Shown here in pieces: positions 1 through 13,815 of a stretch of 64,000 nt of DNA. The position numbers and the translations under genes are program-made. How positions within the stretch are numbered: position 1 is the first letter of the stretch; each line of letters starts with the position of its first letter. Where the stretch lies: positions 33,606,001 through 33,670,000 of the forward strand of contig NW_024704742.1 in the NCBI RefSeq assembly GCF_018977255.1, written 5' to 3'. The notes under the pieces were generated by a model. The model saw only the letters and a program-made list of their open reading frames with translations. It had not been told where the DNA came from and did not search any database. The stretch comes from Callorhinchus milii. Taxonomy: Eukaryota.

Positions 1-320
1 CAGGTCCCACCTGCCCCAGAATTGGTCCCAATGATCCAGAAACCTGAAGCCCTCTTTTCTGGACCATTTCTCCAGCCAAGCATTCATATGCTTGAACCTG
101 TCATTATGGTATTTATTTGCCCGAGGCACAGGGAGTAATCCAGAGATCACCACCTTGGATGTTCTATTCTTTAGTTTGTTCCTCAGCTTTTGATATTCTC
201 CCTGTAGCATCTCAGCCCTTTTTTTTAAAATCAATATCATGGATCCCAACGTGGACCACCACTTCTGGATGTTCCCCTTCCCCCTGAAGAACTTTATCAA
301 TCTGTTCCATGACGTCTGAG
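1..320 (-). mobile_element. CR1 LINE ORF1 fragment (esterase/SGNH-like), degenerate
   Basis: The minus strand translates to VVVHVG..., KVVISGLLPVPRA and MNAWLEKWSRKEGFRFLDHWDQFWGRWDL, typical of the vertebrate CR1 ORF1 esterase domain. Confidence 0.75.
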
Positions 321-525
321 TTACTTCACCAGCACAAGCTCAAATCATTGATTCAGAAAACATTTTGCCATCTGTCCTTAAGTACCTCTTGAGTGATAAA
401 GACATGACAACATCAATGGACTGAATAAGATACTCACTGAGAGATCAGCCTGTCAAAACCTTGGAGAGCAGATTTACGCTGTCTGACAAGGTATGGGATT
501 ACAAGTTAAAAAATCAAGATAAAAA

Positions 526-970
526 CAACTTGCATTTATATAGCACCCTTCATGCAGAGTAGCATCCTGGAGTGCTTGATAAGAACCACTCCAGCATTAT
601 CTTCTCAATCTATCAGGTCACTGGAACTGGGGTTAGACAGGGTGGGTGATGGACCATAATGGGTAATAGTTGAGTCGGGTGGTCCGAGCAAGACAAGCAG
701 CAGGAAGCTTGTTAGACAGTGCTCTCAATGACAAATTGAGGTTTTAGCTGTTTTAACTTCAGCAGTACATCAACACATACTCTGGACTTCCCAAACCTAA
801 TATTCTGTGGAATTAGTTAAGCAAGGTGCATCCCTCTCTCCAAAGAGAGGGTGCGTATGGCATTTCAGACACAGGGAAATTTCCATGTGTAGATGGCATA
901 TATATGTCATGTTTGGTTACTTTTAAGCATGGTGATAGGTTCTGCATGTTAGACACTCAGCTGACCAAAA
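526..970 (-). repeat. Old dispersed repeat of unassigned class (family X)
   Basis: Reverse complement of the TTTTGGTCAGCTGGGTGTCTGACACATG...AAACCCATCACCATGCTTAAGAGTATCCAAAC motif also seen at about 21925, 29375, 32885, 44610 and 47640. Confidence 0.6.
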
Positions 971-3900
971 CATAATTGGGAAGGGTGATAGAGCCCAGGT
1001 CATTGGGGTCATTTCAGAAAGATTTTAATATAATAAGAAAATAGGATGACTATTCTGCATATGTGCTGCAGAGTTTTCTTCATCCAAATCTCCCTTGTGA
1101 TCTTAAGACAGCACGTCACTCTAAGCAATGATATCCACCTTGAAGTGTTCCTTAATGTCAGTAGTTTGGGAGGGAATTGATAAAAGGGAGACCATTTTCA
1201 TGTTTAGAAACATGAGCTTTGAGTAAGAAAATATTGTACTCCAATAATTTGAACTTCCTGATCTAGGCATCAGGCTGATCTATTTCCGGTGGGAAGAGAA
1301 TTTGGTAACAGTCATGCCAATGATCAAAGCCTTGGGTGTAAAGGGTACAGAAACCAGGAGGGTCAATTGAACAGACACTAGCAGAGCAAGTTGCCTGAGT
1401 GTTGTGATCTGAAGTCAGCGTATCAATAAAACAATGGCAGTGGGAACTCTCCTGTCTGTACTGGGAGGGTGTCTTGCCTGTAATTGGAGGTCAGAAAGCA
1501 GAGGAATGAGATCGCACATTTGTTTCAGCCCAGCCACACTGGAATGTAGTCTCAGCAGATTCTGATTCGTCCTTCAAAATTCATCAAAAGCATGCACCGG
1601 GGATTCAATATTTATGTTGGCAGCTTGTTAGCAGAATATTAAAGATTCTACAAAGAGGAATAAGAAATCCTGCTCCTCTGGAGAGACAATCTGATCAAAT
1701 AACATTCCTATTTAGAAAAGGGGTTCAATAGATTTATTTTCTGATTCCAAATGTAATTTATGATTGTTTTCAACTATGTGCTACACATCTGTCTCAAATT
1801 AGTGAGAGAAGTGCACATCCACCAACAATGCTCCAGATGTTTTCGATGCAGATGTGACATTTTCAACTCAGTTTCTCTTCGTTATGAATGATTTCCACTC
1901 AAAACTATTTCACAATAGCATACGGCTCACAATTCTCAAACAAAGTCTCTGTTACCCTCCCTGAATGAACAGGAACTCTGCTTGGTCAGTTTACACATCA
2001 GAAATGCCATCTGTCCTTAGCCAAATTCCAAACCATTTTTTCCTTAAATTTAAAAAATGCACCGAATTGTCCAAAATTCTTAAAATTCAGTCTTCATTTT
2101 CAAGCTTTTTTTTGCTGTTCTCAAAATGAGCCAAATTGAGATGGAATTGAAGAATTTTTCACTGCACTGAGCTGGCTGATTTCAGCTGGGGTACAAATTG
2201 GAGGATGTTATCATTGACATCAGTGCTGGGGAGGTGTGTGTGTAGGTGGTGGGGTTGCAATTGGCCAGATTCCAGCTATTGTTTGCCACGTAGTGACTCC
2301 TGCTGGAAAGTATCTATGTGTGTATGGTAGGATCAGGCTTAAATGTAATGTTCCTTCCCCTCCATGGTATAAAACCTTGTTGGCAAATATTGTCTGGGTT
2401 CACACTTGGAAAATCCAAACGTGGATGAGGTATTGGGAGATAACTGTTGTATGTGGACCCATATCCCATTCTTGTCTTCAGGGGGAAAGAGGGAAAAAGA
2501 GTTAAAAAAAAACAACTTTTAACAACGAAGATATTGCCTGTCCATTTTGAAGCCAATTTGAACTGACAAGGACTACAGCAGACGCCTTGAGATATCTGTA
2601 GTGATTAAGATAAAAAAAATGTTTTACTATATTGTAAGAACTCAGCAATAGGATTCACCTGTCTGTAGATCGATTGAGAGCAGCTGGAATGTCTCACCCA
2701 GTTGAATGAGATTCGAGGTGTTGAATAATACTGACATCGAAAGTCAAGTTTAACATTTTCAAATTTCAAACTCAGCGGTTGTCAAAGTTTGTAACACTGA
2801 TTAATACTGGATATGTTTAGATCATGGCCATAAGAGTCAGCAAGATTCATAAAAAGGATCGTGATTCTTTTATTACTATATGTATTGCTATATGTGATGT
2901 TAGTAGCAATATTTAGCCAAATATGGCACAAGTTCAGCTTCTGTTTGATAACACATTTTTAGCACATTCGCCCACTCGTCTGCTGAACCAGAATGTATGG
3001 TTTGTGAAGAAATTGTTATTGGAACTGACTCTTACCACAATTTAACTGTTCCTTGCTCAAGCTGCTGATGATTATAATAATGGTATTAATAATAATCCTT
3101 GCATTTGATATAGCACGGATAACAACCAAACATTTGAAAGCACTTTACAGGTAATTACTATCAAATGTAGTGACTATGTATTTGCGGCAGCCAAGGCTAC
3201 AAGTCCTGACACAAACTGATTCACTCTGGTTACCTAAAATCATCACATCTGTCATCCTTCACCTTCATACCTTTCTATCTCTTAAAATGTCAGCACTAGG
3301 ATTGGGGAAACAAGCAACGTTTGTTATCCACTATAACACTGTAATTAAGCACTCCGGGACAAGACCCAGCATTATAAATCCAAGTTGTCGTTGTTGTATA
3401 ATTAGAGAATATTCTTTGCGTATGTGCACTTTTCACTTCTATTTTATATAATTAACCACAAAAAATGCATGAAACCCTTTGAGTGGGTGTTGTACTGAAG
3501 AAAAGAGCATGCATATCTTGAAAGATGAAAACTACAAGATAACAAGGGGTTAGATGACAGTCGATAAATGAGTGTTCTTTTGTGGGGAGGGGAATGGTGG
3601 GAAAAGCAAGCAGTAAAGCTAATTTGGAACTTTGCCAAATCAAAATGAACCATATAAGCCCTACAAATTTGTCTATTCTACTCTTACGACAAGCAACAGA
3701 GAACAAATTAAAGTGCCTGAAATCAGGCCATTGTATATAGCCTGATATGGATCTTCATTGATGCTGTGCCCAGCTGCTAGAACATGCTGGATTTATCAGA
3801 TAGCAACACAATACCATCTGATGCCTGCACTGGTCAGAGGACAATGAGCTACATTTTCATCATCCTTTCTTCTCATTACTCTATTACAAGGACTTTGCCT

Positions 3901-4766
3901 CCTCCCTTCCTTTCATGACCACCATATCGTATTTTCTATCGAAGTAAAAATTTAAGAATGAAATTCAAAATTTTATTGGCTGATATTTTCAAGATTAGTT
4001 TCCTGGTACAAATAGTGGGACTACGCTTAAAATGATAGGGGAGAAATTTGTGACATTTATGACACAATTATCACAGGAGCACAACTATTTCAGCAATTTT
4101 TTTTCCATAAGAGAATGTCTTACAGCACTTTATAGAGATGGAGTGGAGCCCAACAAGGGTGGGACTCCCAGTGTGGGAAATAGGTGGGGGGAGGGAATGG
4201 CATAGGAGCGAATGGGCTAAAACACAGACAAGAAGTTATCATTGAAACAATAGAAAATTGTATTTGTATAGCACCTTTCACGTTAAGAGGATGTCCCAAA
4301 GCACTGGAAACAACACAAATTTTACCCATGAAGCATTCAGTTACTTTTGAACATTAATTTGAACAAATCTACAATATATTTGGTAAGGTTTAATAAACCA
4401 TATATCATTTATATCTGAGACCATGACTGGCCAATAGCTATAAACAGCTTTGCCTTGAGTTAATGTTGGGGCTGTTAGTTACTGTAGTTACTGTTATTTT
4501 TAAATAGTTTACCCAAAAATTATGGGGACTGTTAGGACAGCAGGTTTTCCAGCACTGGGAGTAACTTTTGAAATACTCCTTTAAATTACCAATTTCTAAA
4601 GATTACTTTGTTTTCAGATTCTTTGTAGGTGGTGGTGGGGTGGAGGGGGGTTGGAGGGGTAGATGCACCAAAGCAGAATCACAGTTAAACCCAATAAATT
4701 CCTTGTGACTTCCAGGATTCCCCTCCAGACACCACAATCCTGACCAGCCTGGTAGCTCACTACATC

Positions 4767-5340
4767 CAACAACATCAACAAAATTACATTTGTAAAACGC
4801 CTTTCACGTCGGGAGGATGTCCCAAGGTTCTGGACATACAGAGTTACGGACCCGAGCTGGGGGTCGGGGTCGGAGAGGGGGGGAGCGGGAGGGGGGGGGG
4901 AAATCGAAAGCAGTCGAAGAGGAGGGTCTTGAGATGGGTCTTGAAGGTGGCAAGGGAGGGGGCAAGACGGAGGGACTGCGGGATGGAGTTCCAGAGGGTG
5001 GGGGCAGAGTGGCGGAAGGCCCGCCAACCAATAGTGGCAGGGGACGTCAAGCAGGCCCGCTGAGCAAAGGGAGGGAACAGGATGGTAGGAGGTTAGGAGG
5101 TCGCAGAGGTGAGGGGAAGCAAGACAGTGGAGGGCTTTGAAGGTGAGGACCAGGATCTTGAACTGTATTCTGTCAGGACAACAGTGGTCCTGGAGTCGAT
5201 GGTGGAGGCAGAGAAAAAGAGTTGGGTGTCATCCCCATACATGTGGAAGTTGACCCCATGTCTGCGGATGATGTCACCAAGAGGGAGCATATAGATATTG
5301 AAGAGGAGGGAACCAAGGACAGAGCCCTGAGGAACACTGC
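4767..5340 (-). mobile_element. L2-clade LINE 3' fragment with internal deletion
   Basis: RT motifs [16 protein letters not shown] and [10 protein letters not shown] are joined to the 3' end (RAFRHSAPTLWNSIP...FKTHLKTLLFD) and a TTG-type tail. Confidence 0.85.
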
Positions 5341-5512
5341 ATAAGGGGGCTAGAGAAGCCGTTTGTGGAGATGAAGAACGATGGCGCAGAACATGTAAGC
5401 AGCTATCCCCATTTAAGTTTGCTATGATAAATCTTGTTGCCACCAGAGGTGGGATGAAGAACCATTTGAGGAGGTGATAGTAACTACTTCTCGAGGCAAC
5501 AGTGCTGCCTAG

Positions 5513-5839
5513 TTATTTTACAGTTAACATTTGACAGGTCTCAAAGCACTTCACACAATATACTGTATTGAATATAATTTGTGGGCAAAACATGGCAGCC
5601 AATTGTGCACAGCGGCGTCCCACAGTCATGGATTGAGCGACCAATTTTTTTTTTGAAGGGATTATTACCCACGCAAAGCGATCTGCCAATTGACTAACAA
5701 TAAGGTTCCTACTCACTGATAGGTAAACAGAGGCATGTGGAATAAAGAAACTTGTCTAAGATTTTGCCCCGCCCGAAATCAAACCCAGGTCATCTTGCTT
5801 GTGAAGTGAGTGCACGGACGACTAAGATACAGGACTCCA
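5513..5839 (-). mobile_element. tRNA-derived DeuSINE-like SINE, diverged copy
   Basis: tRNA-like head GGAGTCCTGTATCTTAGT on the minus strand and the GCTGTGCACAATTGGCTGCC core. Confidence 0.75.
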
Positions 5840-6357
5840 TCTCTTAATAATCTTCATTTGACATTACTGGTTATCCAGGGAGCTGGTTGAGGCATGGACG
5901 ATGAACTGCGTGATACCGTACGGGAAAACAGTACCTTGGGTATCCTGGAAAGATAAGAAAAAATGGACCAAAGCAACTCCTTGTGATCTATTCCTCTTTT
6001 TTTCTCTTATTTACTGCACAAGTTGTACAGCTAGCAAAAAACGTGCAATCAGACAGAAAGAGTAGGCAAAAATGACGTTTAGCAAGCTCAAAAATAGCAA
6101 AGTACCTGCCTGGAGAGGCAGCAGTCTTAAATGTACACTTATGGTTGGATGGTGACAAACTCTGTTCGGGGCAGTGATTTCCCTGTTGATTTGCTTAATA
6201 AAGTCAGTTTCTTCACAAAACCCAAAATGTTTTTACCTTAAGATAAATATATTGGGGCATTAGGCTGTAAAGACCAGGAAGCTCAGAAATCACTTTGTGC
6301 TCTAGCAGCTCCCTACCTCCCAACCTGCTTACGCCCTATTCATCTGTGGAGTCATGT

Positions 6358-6652
6358 GGAGTCCTGTAGCTTAGTGGTTAGAGCACTCGCCTCGCAAGCG
6401 AGAGACCTAGGTTCGATTCCCGGCAGGATGAAACCTTGGGCAAGTTTCCTTACTCCACATGCCTGTTAATAATCCCTCAAGAAAAAAAAATAGTCACTTC
6501 AATTCACGACTGTTTATGGGACATTGCTGTGCGCAATTGGCTGCTGCATTTCGCCCACAAATATACAGTCAGTTCACTTTACAGCATATTCTCTGAAACG
6601 CTTTGAGACGTGAAAAGCGCTATATCAAATGCAAGGATTATTATTATTACTA
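6358..6652 (+). mobile_element. tRNA(Ala)-derived DeuSINE-like SINE
   Basis: A box TAGCTTAGTGG, B box GGTTCGATTCC, core GCTGTGCGCAATTGGCTGC, tail GCGCTATATCAAATGCAAGG(ATT)n. Confidence 0.85.
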
Positions 6653-9600
6653 CTGGCTCAATTCGGTCAGCTGGCTCAGGTTTTCTGCCCATCCCTGCAC
6701 TTCATCATCAATGGCTGTGCTTTCAGCCACTATGGCCCAAACATCTGGAATTCACTGCCCCAATCCCTCCACCTTGCCCCTCCCCCACTTGCCCATCTTC
6801 AGATCCCAACCTGAAGACAATTCTCTTGACCGTACCTATGGAATCTTCCCTTTCTCCTCAGCTCAGCGTCAAACTACACCATTGCCAATCGCTCCAAGAC
6901 ACTACCTGTATAAATGCAAGTTTTGTTGGAATCAGTGTTAATCCCATTATTGCTTGATATAGCGGCTTTCACATCGGAAGGATATGTCTAAGTGGTTCAC
7001 AGGACATACTACTGTATAAAGCGTGATGGTAGGATCAGCTCAGCTTCCATCCACCTATCTATTCTGCCAACCATTCCTGCTGACAGTAACGGGAGAGAAG
7101 CATACATTGAGGAGAACTGGTGAAGTGCAGAGATGGCTTTGTACCCAGCCCCAGGGTGAATCAGCTCCTTCAGGAACAAGGGGAAAGCATAGTGTTATGA
7201 AAAAAATCAAATGTGCAAATTTATGAATCCCATCCTCTGGTTAACTACACCATTTTCTTTCCACACTAAACCATTATTCAAGATCATATCATCACAAATT
7301 GCTAAAAGCTTGTTGATGTGCAGCTTCCTCTTCAGCACTGCACAGGGTCTAATCAATAGGATTCTCCATTACGCTAATGGAATTCTGCTCCCTCTCACCC
7401 AAGCCCCATGCAACTGGATACAAAGATGCAAAGTGCCTGCATTATCTCAGTTACATTGCAGTTTGCCAGGCTTTTAATCACTCTTGTTTCTGGAAAGTAG
7501 GAGTAGATATACCAGGGTTAGCTCCTGAGAGACAAAAACAATATTATCTCTATCCACTTTATAATTATCTAAATATAATTCCACATTTAGGTGGATGTTA
7601 AAGATCCCATAGCACTGTTCGAAAAGTGCAGGGAGTTTCTGCCAGTATCCTAACAATACCTAAATAAAATTTGTCATTCATGGCTACAAACATGGCTTTG
7701 CTGTGCGCAAATTGGCTTCTGCATTCATCTACAAAATACACAGTCACTACACTTTGCAGTATATCCTGTGAAGCACTTTGAGACATCCTCATGATGTGAA
7801 AGGATCTATATGAAATGCAAGGATTATTATTTTTATAATTCTACTACTTTTAAATTCTGACAAAACCTCCCTCCAACATAACAGAATATGCATTGCAATA
7901 CTGATTCAGGTATTGATCAATATTTCTAAGTATTTTGAGTTTTTATTTCAGTTTCCAGCATTCACATTTTTTTAAAACAAATTTCCAATGTAGGAATTGA
8001 GCACCAAGACTGCAATCTTCAATGCTGCATTTTAGCAGAACATAGAAATATATTTGATCTTTTATATATTGATCTGTTAATCATGAAGAAGTCACTGCCA
8101 GTCAGATTTATATTTACAAGATTATTTGAATAATTTGTAACTTTGCTATTAAACATTAGTGCCTGGATACATTGACAACAATTGTTTACCACCTAAAAAA
8201 AGTAACAATGAACAAAAATATTTTCTCTCATAACAAATCTCCACAATGTATCTGAAGCACTTCAGTTTCTTTAAATTATGTTTAGTTTTTACAGATTTGT
8301 CATGCAAGTTTTTTTAAAAAAAGATACTTGTATTCGATTTTAAACACATATCAGCTTCTTATAAAAATGGTACTGCTACACAACAGAGTGAGAGGAGGGA
8401 AATCTGTACAGGGGTTAAACCTGCACTTAAGCAGGAACTAGTCTTACCAGTATATGTTGTTGTACATCAAAATATAACCTATGCTGCAAGATAAAGAAAT
8501 CAATACTCAGACTTGGATGATCCTGTAAGAAGTGTAATACAGCAGTAGCCTTACGTCAATATAACAAATTATAACACAATTTTATCAATTTTATTGTGGG
8601 TGTTAATATGCTATGCAAACACGAGTTTGTGGTGGCATCAGTGTTGCTTTCAACACAGGTGCAGTCAGAAGACAGGAAGATGCCAGCCAGTGCTTGGAAC
8701 ATTATTTTGTTGCAAACCTTGTTGAAACTGACAACATTTCCTTTTTATTACACAAAATGCTTTATGAAGCATGGCAAATTTTTTAAATTTCATTTAATGA
8801 TCATTAATATTTCCCGCTATTTTTGTTGCACGTTATTCAGCTATTGATGTTGTGATTTTTACATTGTCCTCTTCCTGCATCATATATAATAGTGTTCAGC
8901 AGAATGAACTATGAACAGACTGTGCCTGTGGAACCTTTCTTTTCTCCTCGTGAACAGACAACAAACTGAGGATGAATGCGAATGCTTTCCCAGAGGGAAA
9001 GGAAGAGGCGATTTAAGTTTAAGATATCCTTGGTCATTCTCTGCACCAAATCACCAGCTACAAATGAACTTTGGTGAAGGACTCAGAGCCTCTCCCTATG
9101 GGGAAAATACAGAGAGCAGGGAGATAAGGAACAAAACGATAATGTTGTGTTTATACTGTACTTTTTGTGCCACATCTGTGAAACTGGAATATAAACATGG
9201 GCACAATTCAGACCCAAACCACACTGGAGCCGCAATGCTAATATCACCTTGAGGATATGATTTTACTGTACTTGGATAGCAGATTGATTTACACCGAAGC
9301 CTTCTTAAAAAAAGGATAGCTTAAAGGAGCATTTTAACATAGATTTGTGCAAATGCAATACTCTACATGTTATATTATTATTACAATATTTAAACAATTA
9401 TGTAATAATGCCTCCAGTTTGCCTTCAGGTCATATATTTACCAAAATGACAGAGGTAATTGGAGCTTATTGCATCTGCCAGTCTATGATGCACTGACTGC
9501 CTGGATCACAAGATCAGGCTCCAGATGGCTGGGAGCACACAGCTGTAGTTCCCAAATCACACTAACAGCTTGAATGAAATATCAGCAGTGAAACATGGAA

Positions 9601-10249
9601 ACAGCAGTAGGCCATTCAGCCCCTTTAGCCTGTTCCGCCATTCTATAAGATTGTGGCTGATCTGTACCTCAAGTCCATCAACAAATTCATGATATGGAGT
9701 AAATGGAGCACAATAATTTCCTTATACTGTACTGAATTTCTTTATTAAGGAAAGTTTATTAAAGCAGATGAAAACTAAGAGTAATCAATTCCAAATAACT
9801 TATTAGGAACATCTGTATCAACTCCCTTATTTCTACAATAAATATCAATCGATATTTTTCAAAATATGTTTATTAAAACTCTTTCTCCGGGTTTTACTTA
9901 TATGCATATAAAATGACACATTTCAAAATGCAATAAAGATGTTTAATAGTTTCAAAGAAATTCCATTTATCTCCAGTTTTAAACTAATTTTCTTTCCTTT
10001 AATTATGGCTGTCTTACGCCAAGACCGGAGCCAGGCAGGTCCACAGTGCTCCAGGGGGTTGCTGATGGACCGACCAGCTTGACTCATCAGCACCATTTGG
10101 AGGAGCAGGCTTATCAGTGAGGGCTGGCATTCATCCCATTTGGCTCTTTATATTCCTGTACGGATAGGATAAACAGTGGGAAGCTTAACTGGGCTCTGCA
10201 CTGGCGAATTTTAGCCGGTTAAACTCCAGCAGTTCCCCAATGTAACCGC

Positions 10250-10540
10250 TGGTATCACCAGGCTTTGGCAAGTGAGAGGACATGGGTTCAATTCCCAGCA
10301 GGGCGAAACATTGGGCAAGTTTTCTTACTCCACGCATCTCCGTTTACCTAGCAGTAAGTAGAAACCCGGTTGTTAGGCGATTGGTGAATCGCTTTCCAGG
10401 GGTAATAATCCCTTCAAAGCTTTTTTTTTAAAAAAATTATAATTTGGCCTGTCAATCCACGACACTGCGGTGCGCAATTGGCTTCCGGGTTTCGCCCACA
10501 CAGTCAATTCACTTTATAGTATATTCTGTGAAGCGCTTTA
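10250..10540 (+). mobile_element. Diverged SINE of the same family
   Basis: GGGTTCAATTCC B box, GGGCAAGTTTTCTTACTCCAC and the GCGCAATTGGC core. Confidence 0.7.
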
Positions 10541-12265
10541 TCTGCATCTAAATTCTCCAGGATTGGGTAAATAGAGTCCATCCATCTGGGAAGAAAGTAT
10601 CCACTCTATACAAGACAAATAGAAACCATACATATGTGCAATTTTCAATTGTTTGGTTACTCTTATGCATGATGATGGGTTCCGTGTATGTCAGTCACCC
10701 AGCTGACCAAAAAAAATCTCCAACAGGTCATGTCTACACCATACTTGATAATTGTCAGGGAACCAATTCATTTTGATGTAAAAAGGTACTTCTTAAAACG
10801 CTAATTCCTTCTTTTATAATTTACAACAGCAGGTGCAGAAAAAAGATTCAAGAAACTGCGGTAACTTGCCTTATCAGTTGAGTCATTTGTTTGGTCAACA
10901 ACAACAAGATTACATTTGTATAGCGCCTTTCACGTCGGGAGGACATCCCAAGGCGCTATAATTCAATAAAGGATCATACGATATTATATTTATTCAAAAT
11001 AAAAATAAACTATGAGTGGCAAAATTAGCTTTGCCAAAGGCACTTTGAATGAGCACATCTGAACTTTCAGCACTTTCTAATTGGATTTTTTTTTAAACAT
11101 CCGAACAACGCAAAATTTTCATTTAGTGAAAATAATACATCTATGAAAGACTCCTTGCTCTCTCCACCATGGCTCATACGTGAAATATACTTGGGCAGTC
11201 ACAATACAGTTCACAGTGGCTATGAGTCCAAAACACAAAACTCCCAAGTAATTTGATGCAATTTGGCAATCTGTCTGATAGAGGTCACATGAGGTTGGCT
11301 GGCATAGGACATGGAAAGGTTCACACTGCTGCAGTAGCAAGTGTTTTTCAGGCATTGGAATTAAACCACATCGGAGGAGGAAGGGGGCAGAGTACCCCAG
11401 AGTTTACACTACGTCGGGAGGACGTCTCATAACTGATGTGAGAATCTATGCTGCCAGCTTCGAGCTGTCAGCACTGAGACCCTTTTATCTTAGAAACACA
11501 ATAAAACATTACAAAATACAATTTAAAACACACACCGGCAGGATTTTTTACTCCATGAACACAAACACTTTGTGGGAAAAAAATAGTCGCTTTCAAAATT
11601 TTCTTTCCAACTCGATACTTTTGCAGCAACTCTTAAAAAAGTTTGAGGTCTCCCCCCTCTCCCCCACCAAAAAATGGATGAAAGACCAGTACCAGGACTA
11701 CCTACATGTGATCAGTGAAGAAGTATTTCTCTTCACTGATCACACACATGTAGGTAGTCCTAGTACTGATCGCATGTGAATCGCCCTAGTACTGATAACA
11801 TATGGATCACATGCATTTCACCTGAAACACAGTCAATTCACTTAACAGTATACTCTATGAAGTGCTTTGAGGCGTCTTTATGACGTAATAAGGCTCCATA
11901 TCAAATGCAAGGATTATTTTTATTATGGTCATGACACTGATAGCATATGAATAGCCCTAATACTGTAGCTTGTATCACTGCAATCAGCTGTTCTCATGGC
12001 CTGCACCATCCTTATTATTTCTGGAGTTTGCAGTGTGCCAGTCACTCAACCTATACGGGGAAAAGGGACAGAGGATTGATGACCACAGAAGCTGATCAGA
12101 GAGCGCCGCAACAAGCCTCTGCATGAATAAGCAGCAGAAGATGCGGTGGAAAGGTGGGACACAATTGCTCTCAGCAGCTTAGGTGGTACCAGGATGCAAG
12201 AGTCAGGAGCCTCCCCACTACAGCTGCATAGTTTCTGGTGATTTATAGAAGCAGCAATACAATAG

Positions 12266-12470
12266 AATAATAACAATAATCCTTTTCACGTCGGGAGGAC
12301 GTCCCAAAGCGCTTCACAGAACACACTGTAAAGTGAATTGACTGTATATTTGTGGGCGAACGCGGCAGCCAATGGCGCACAGCAATGTCCCACAAACAGT
12401 CGTAGATTGAAAATGACCAATTTATTATTGTTTTTGGTTTTGGAGGGATTATTATTATTAGGCGTGTGGA
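12266..12470 (-). mobile_element. 5'-truncated young SINE copy
   Basis: Nearly identical to the corresponding parts of the copies at 18077, 41804, 43285 and 52545. Confidence 0.8.
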
Positions 12471-13506
12471 GAAGGGGAAAGTGAATGACTCAGGGTACAC
12501 ATATTATTTGTTGAGCTGTTGGGTCAGGTGTTATTTAACGTTTGCACCCACTATATACACATAGGCTGGGCCCATGTGATACTCCTTATGGAGTCAATAG
12601 TGTCATTTATTATTAATAATAATAAAAATAATCCTTGCATTCGACAAAAAAAGGTCTTTCAAATCGGGAGGACGTCTCAAACGCTTCACAGAATTTACTG
12701 GAAAGTGTGATGACTGTGCATTTTTGTAGATGACATTTAAAAGGCACATTTAAGAGCAATTTTTTTTTTGAGGTGCCTGGGCAGGAAACCTGCTAACGTT
12801 CACCCCATTCATTTCGACCGTTCACCAATATCAACCAACAGCAAACAAAACACTGAAAAGGGCACAGAAGAAAATGTTTTGAGCAAAGTGTTGCTTTTTG
12901 CAGCATCGATAACGCTGCAGCAATAAGCAAACTGATGCAATTGAATCCATCTTCAGCCCTGACATTTGCAGCTGCAGCATTTGGTTTTTCTTTAAAGTAC
13001 AGTATTCCTGAATTCCAGACACGAAGATCGCCACAGGCAAATATTACACCATCCTGCAGTGCCTTAAAACCAGAATCAATGTCATGCAACTGCCCATGGT
13101 TTGTGCATTATTTTCATTCCAGTTCCCCCCCCACCTTCAAAAAAAAAGCCCCAGGACCATAGAATAGAATTGTTCAATTTGCAACGTGATTTTTTTTTAT
13201 TCAGGGGAAGAGGATAGGAAATCAGAGCACCTGCTTCAGGAGGCGACAACACCAGTTTATGCAGATAGCTGCACCCAGACTGCTATCTTGCAGGTGGCAA
13301 AAGCAATAAAATTGCAGGAAAAAGAGCCCATTGGAATATAACGACCAGTCAGGGTCTGCAGCCATCTCTGGGCTCTGCCCACCCCCACCCAGCACAGCGA
13401 TGGAGGGCTCCCAAAGATGTTTTGGTAACCTGGACAACGCCTTGAGTGTCAGCCTCCTTCACAGCAGAGAGGGAGACACACAGAGGAGAGAGGGGACCCC
13501 AGTGTA

Positions 13507-13584
13507 GGGCAAAGCATTTTCTCTGTGCAATGGGGCAAAGCATTTTCTCTGTGCAATGGGGCAAAGCGTTTTCTCTGTGCAATG
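13507..13584. repeat. 26-bp tandem repeat, three copies, at the start of ANK2 intron 1
   Basis: GGGCAAAGCATTTTCTCTGTGCAATG occurs three times with one substitution. Confidence 0.9.
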
Positions 13585-13737
13585 AACTGGTGTTGCTTTC
13601 CCTTCCCGTACGACGTGCACCGAAAGAAACACAACTCTAAGCCCTCTTAAAAAAAAAAAAAAATTTTTTTACCCCCCAACCCCCCACCCCACCATCCCCC
13701 CCAAAAAAAAACCTTTGCAATATATCGTGGGACCCAC

Positions 13738-13815
13738 CTGGCGAATGCGGTCGGGAGGGTTTGGAGAGGTCCCGCCTCCCTGCGGGGAGGAGGGGGAGGA
13801 GGAGGAAGAAGCCAT
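13738..13815 (-). CDS. ANK2: Ankyrin-2 (ankyrin-B) alternative first coding exon
   Basis: AAG-ATG-G start, 26 codons MASSSSSPSSPQGGGTSPNPPDRIRQ, then a phase-0 donor CAG|GTGGGT. Resembles the mammalian ANK2 N-terminal variant as I recall it (MASPTSP...PQNPPRIRQ). Same strand as and downstream of LARP7, as in mammals. Confidence 0.8.

Noticed and set aside
12890..12910. SMLQK on the minus strand resembling the ANK2 MTTMLQK first exon
   Set aside because: No GT donor follows and the upstream residues do not match.
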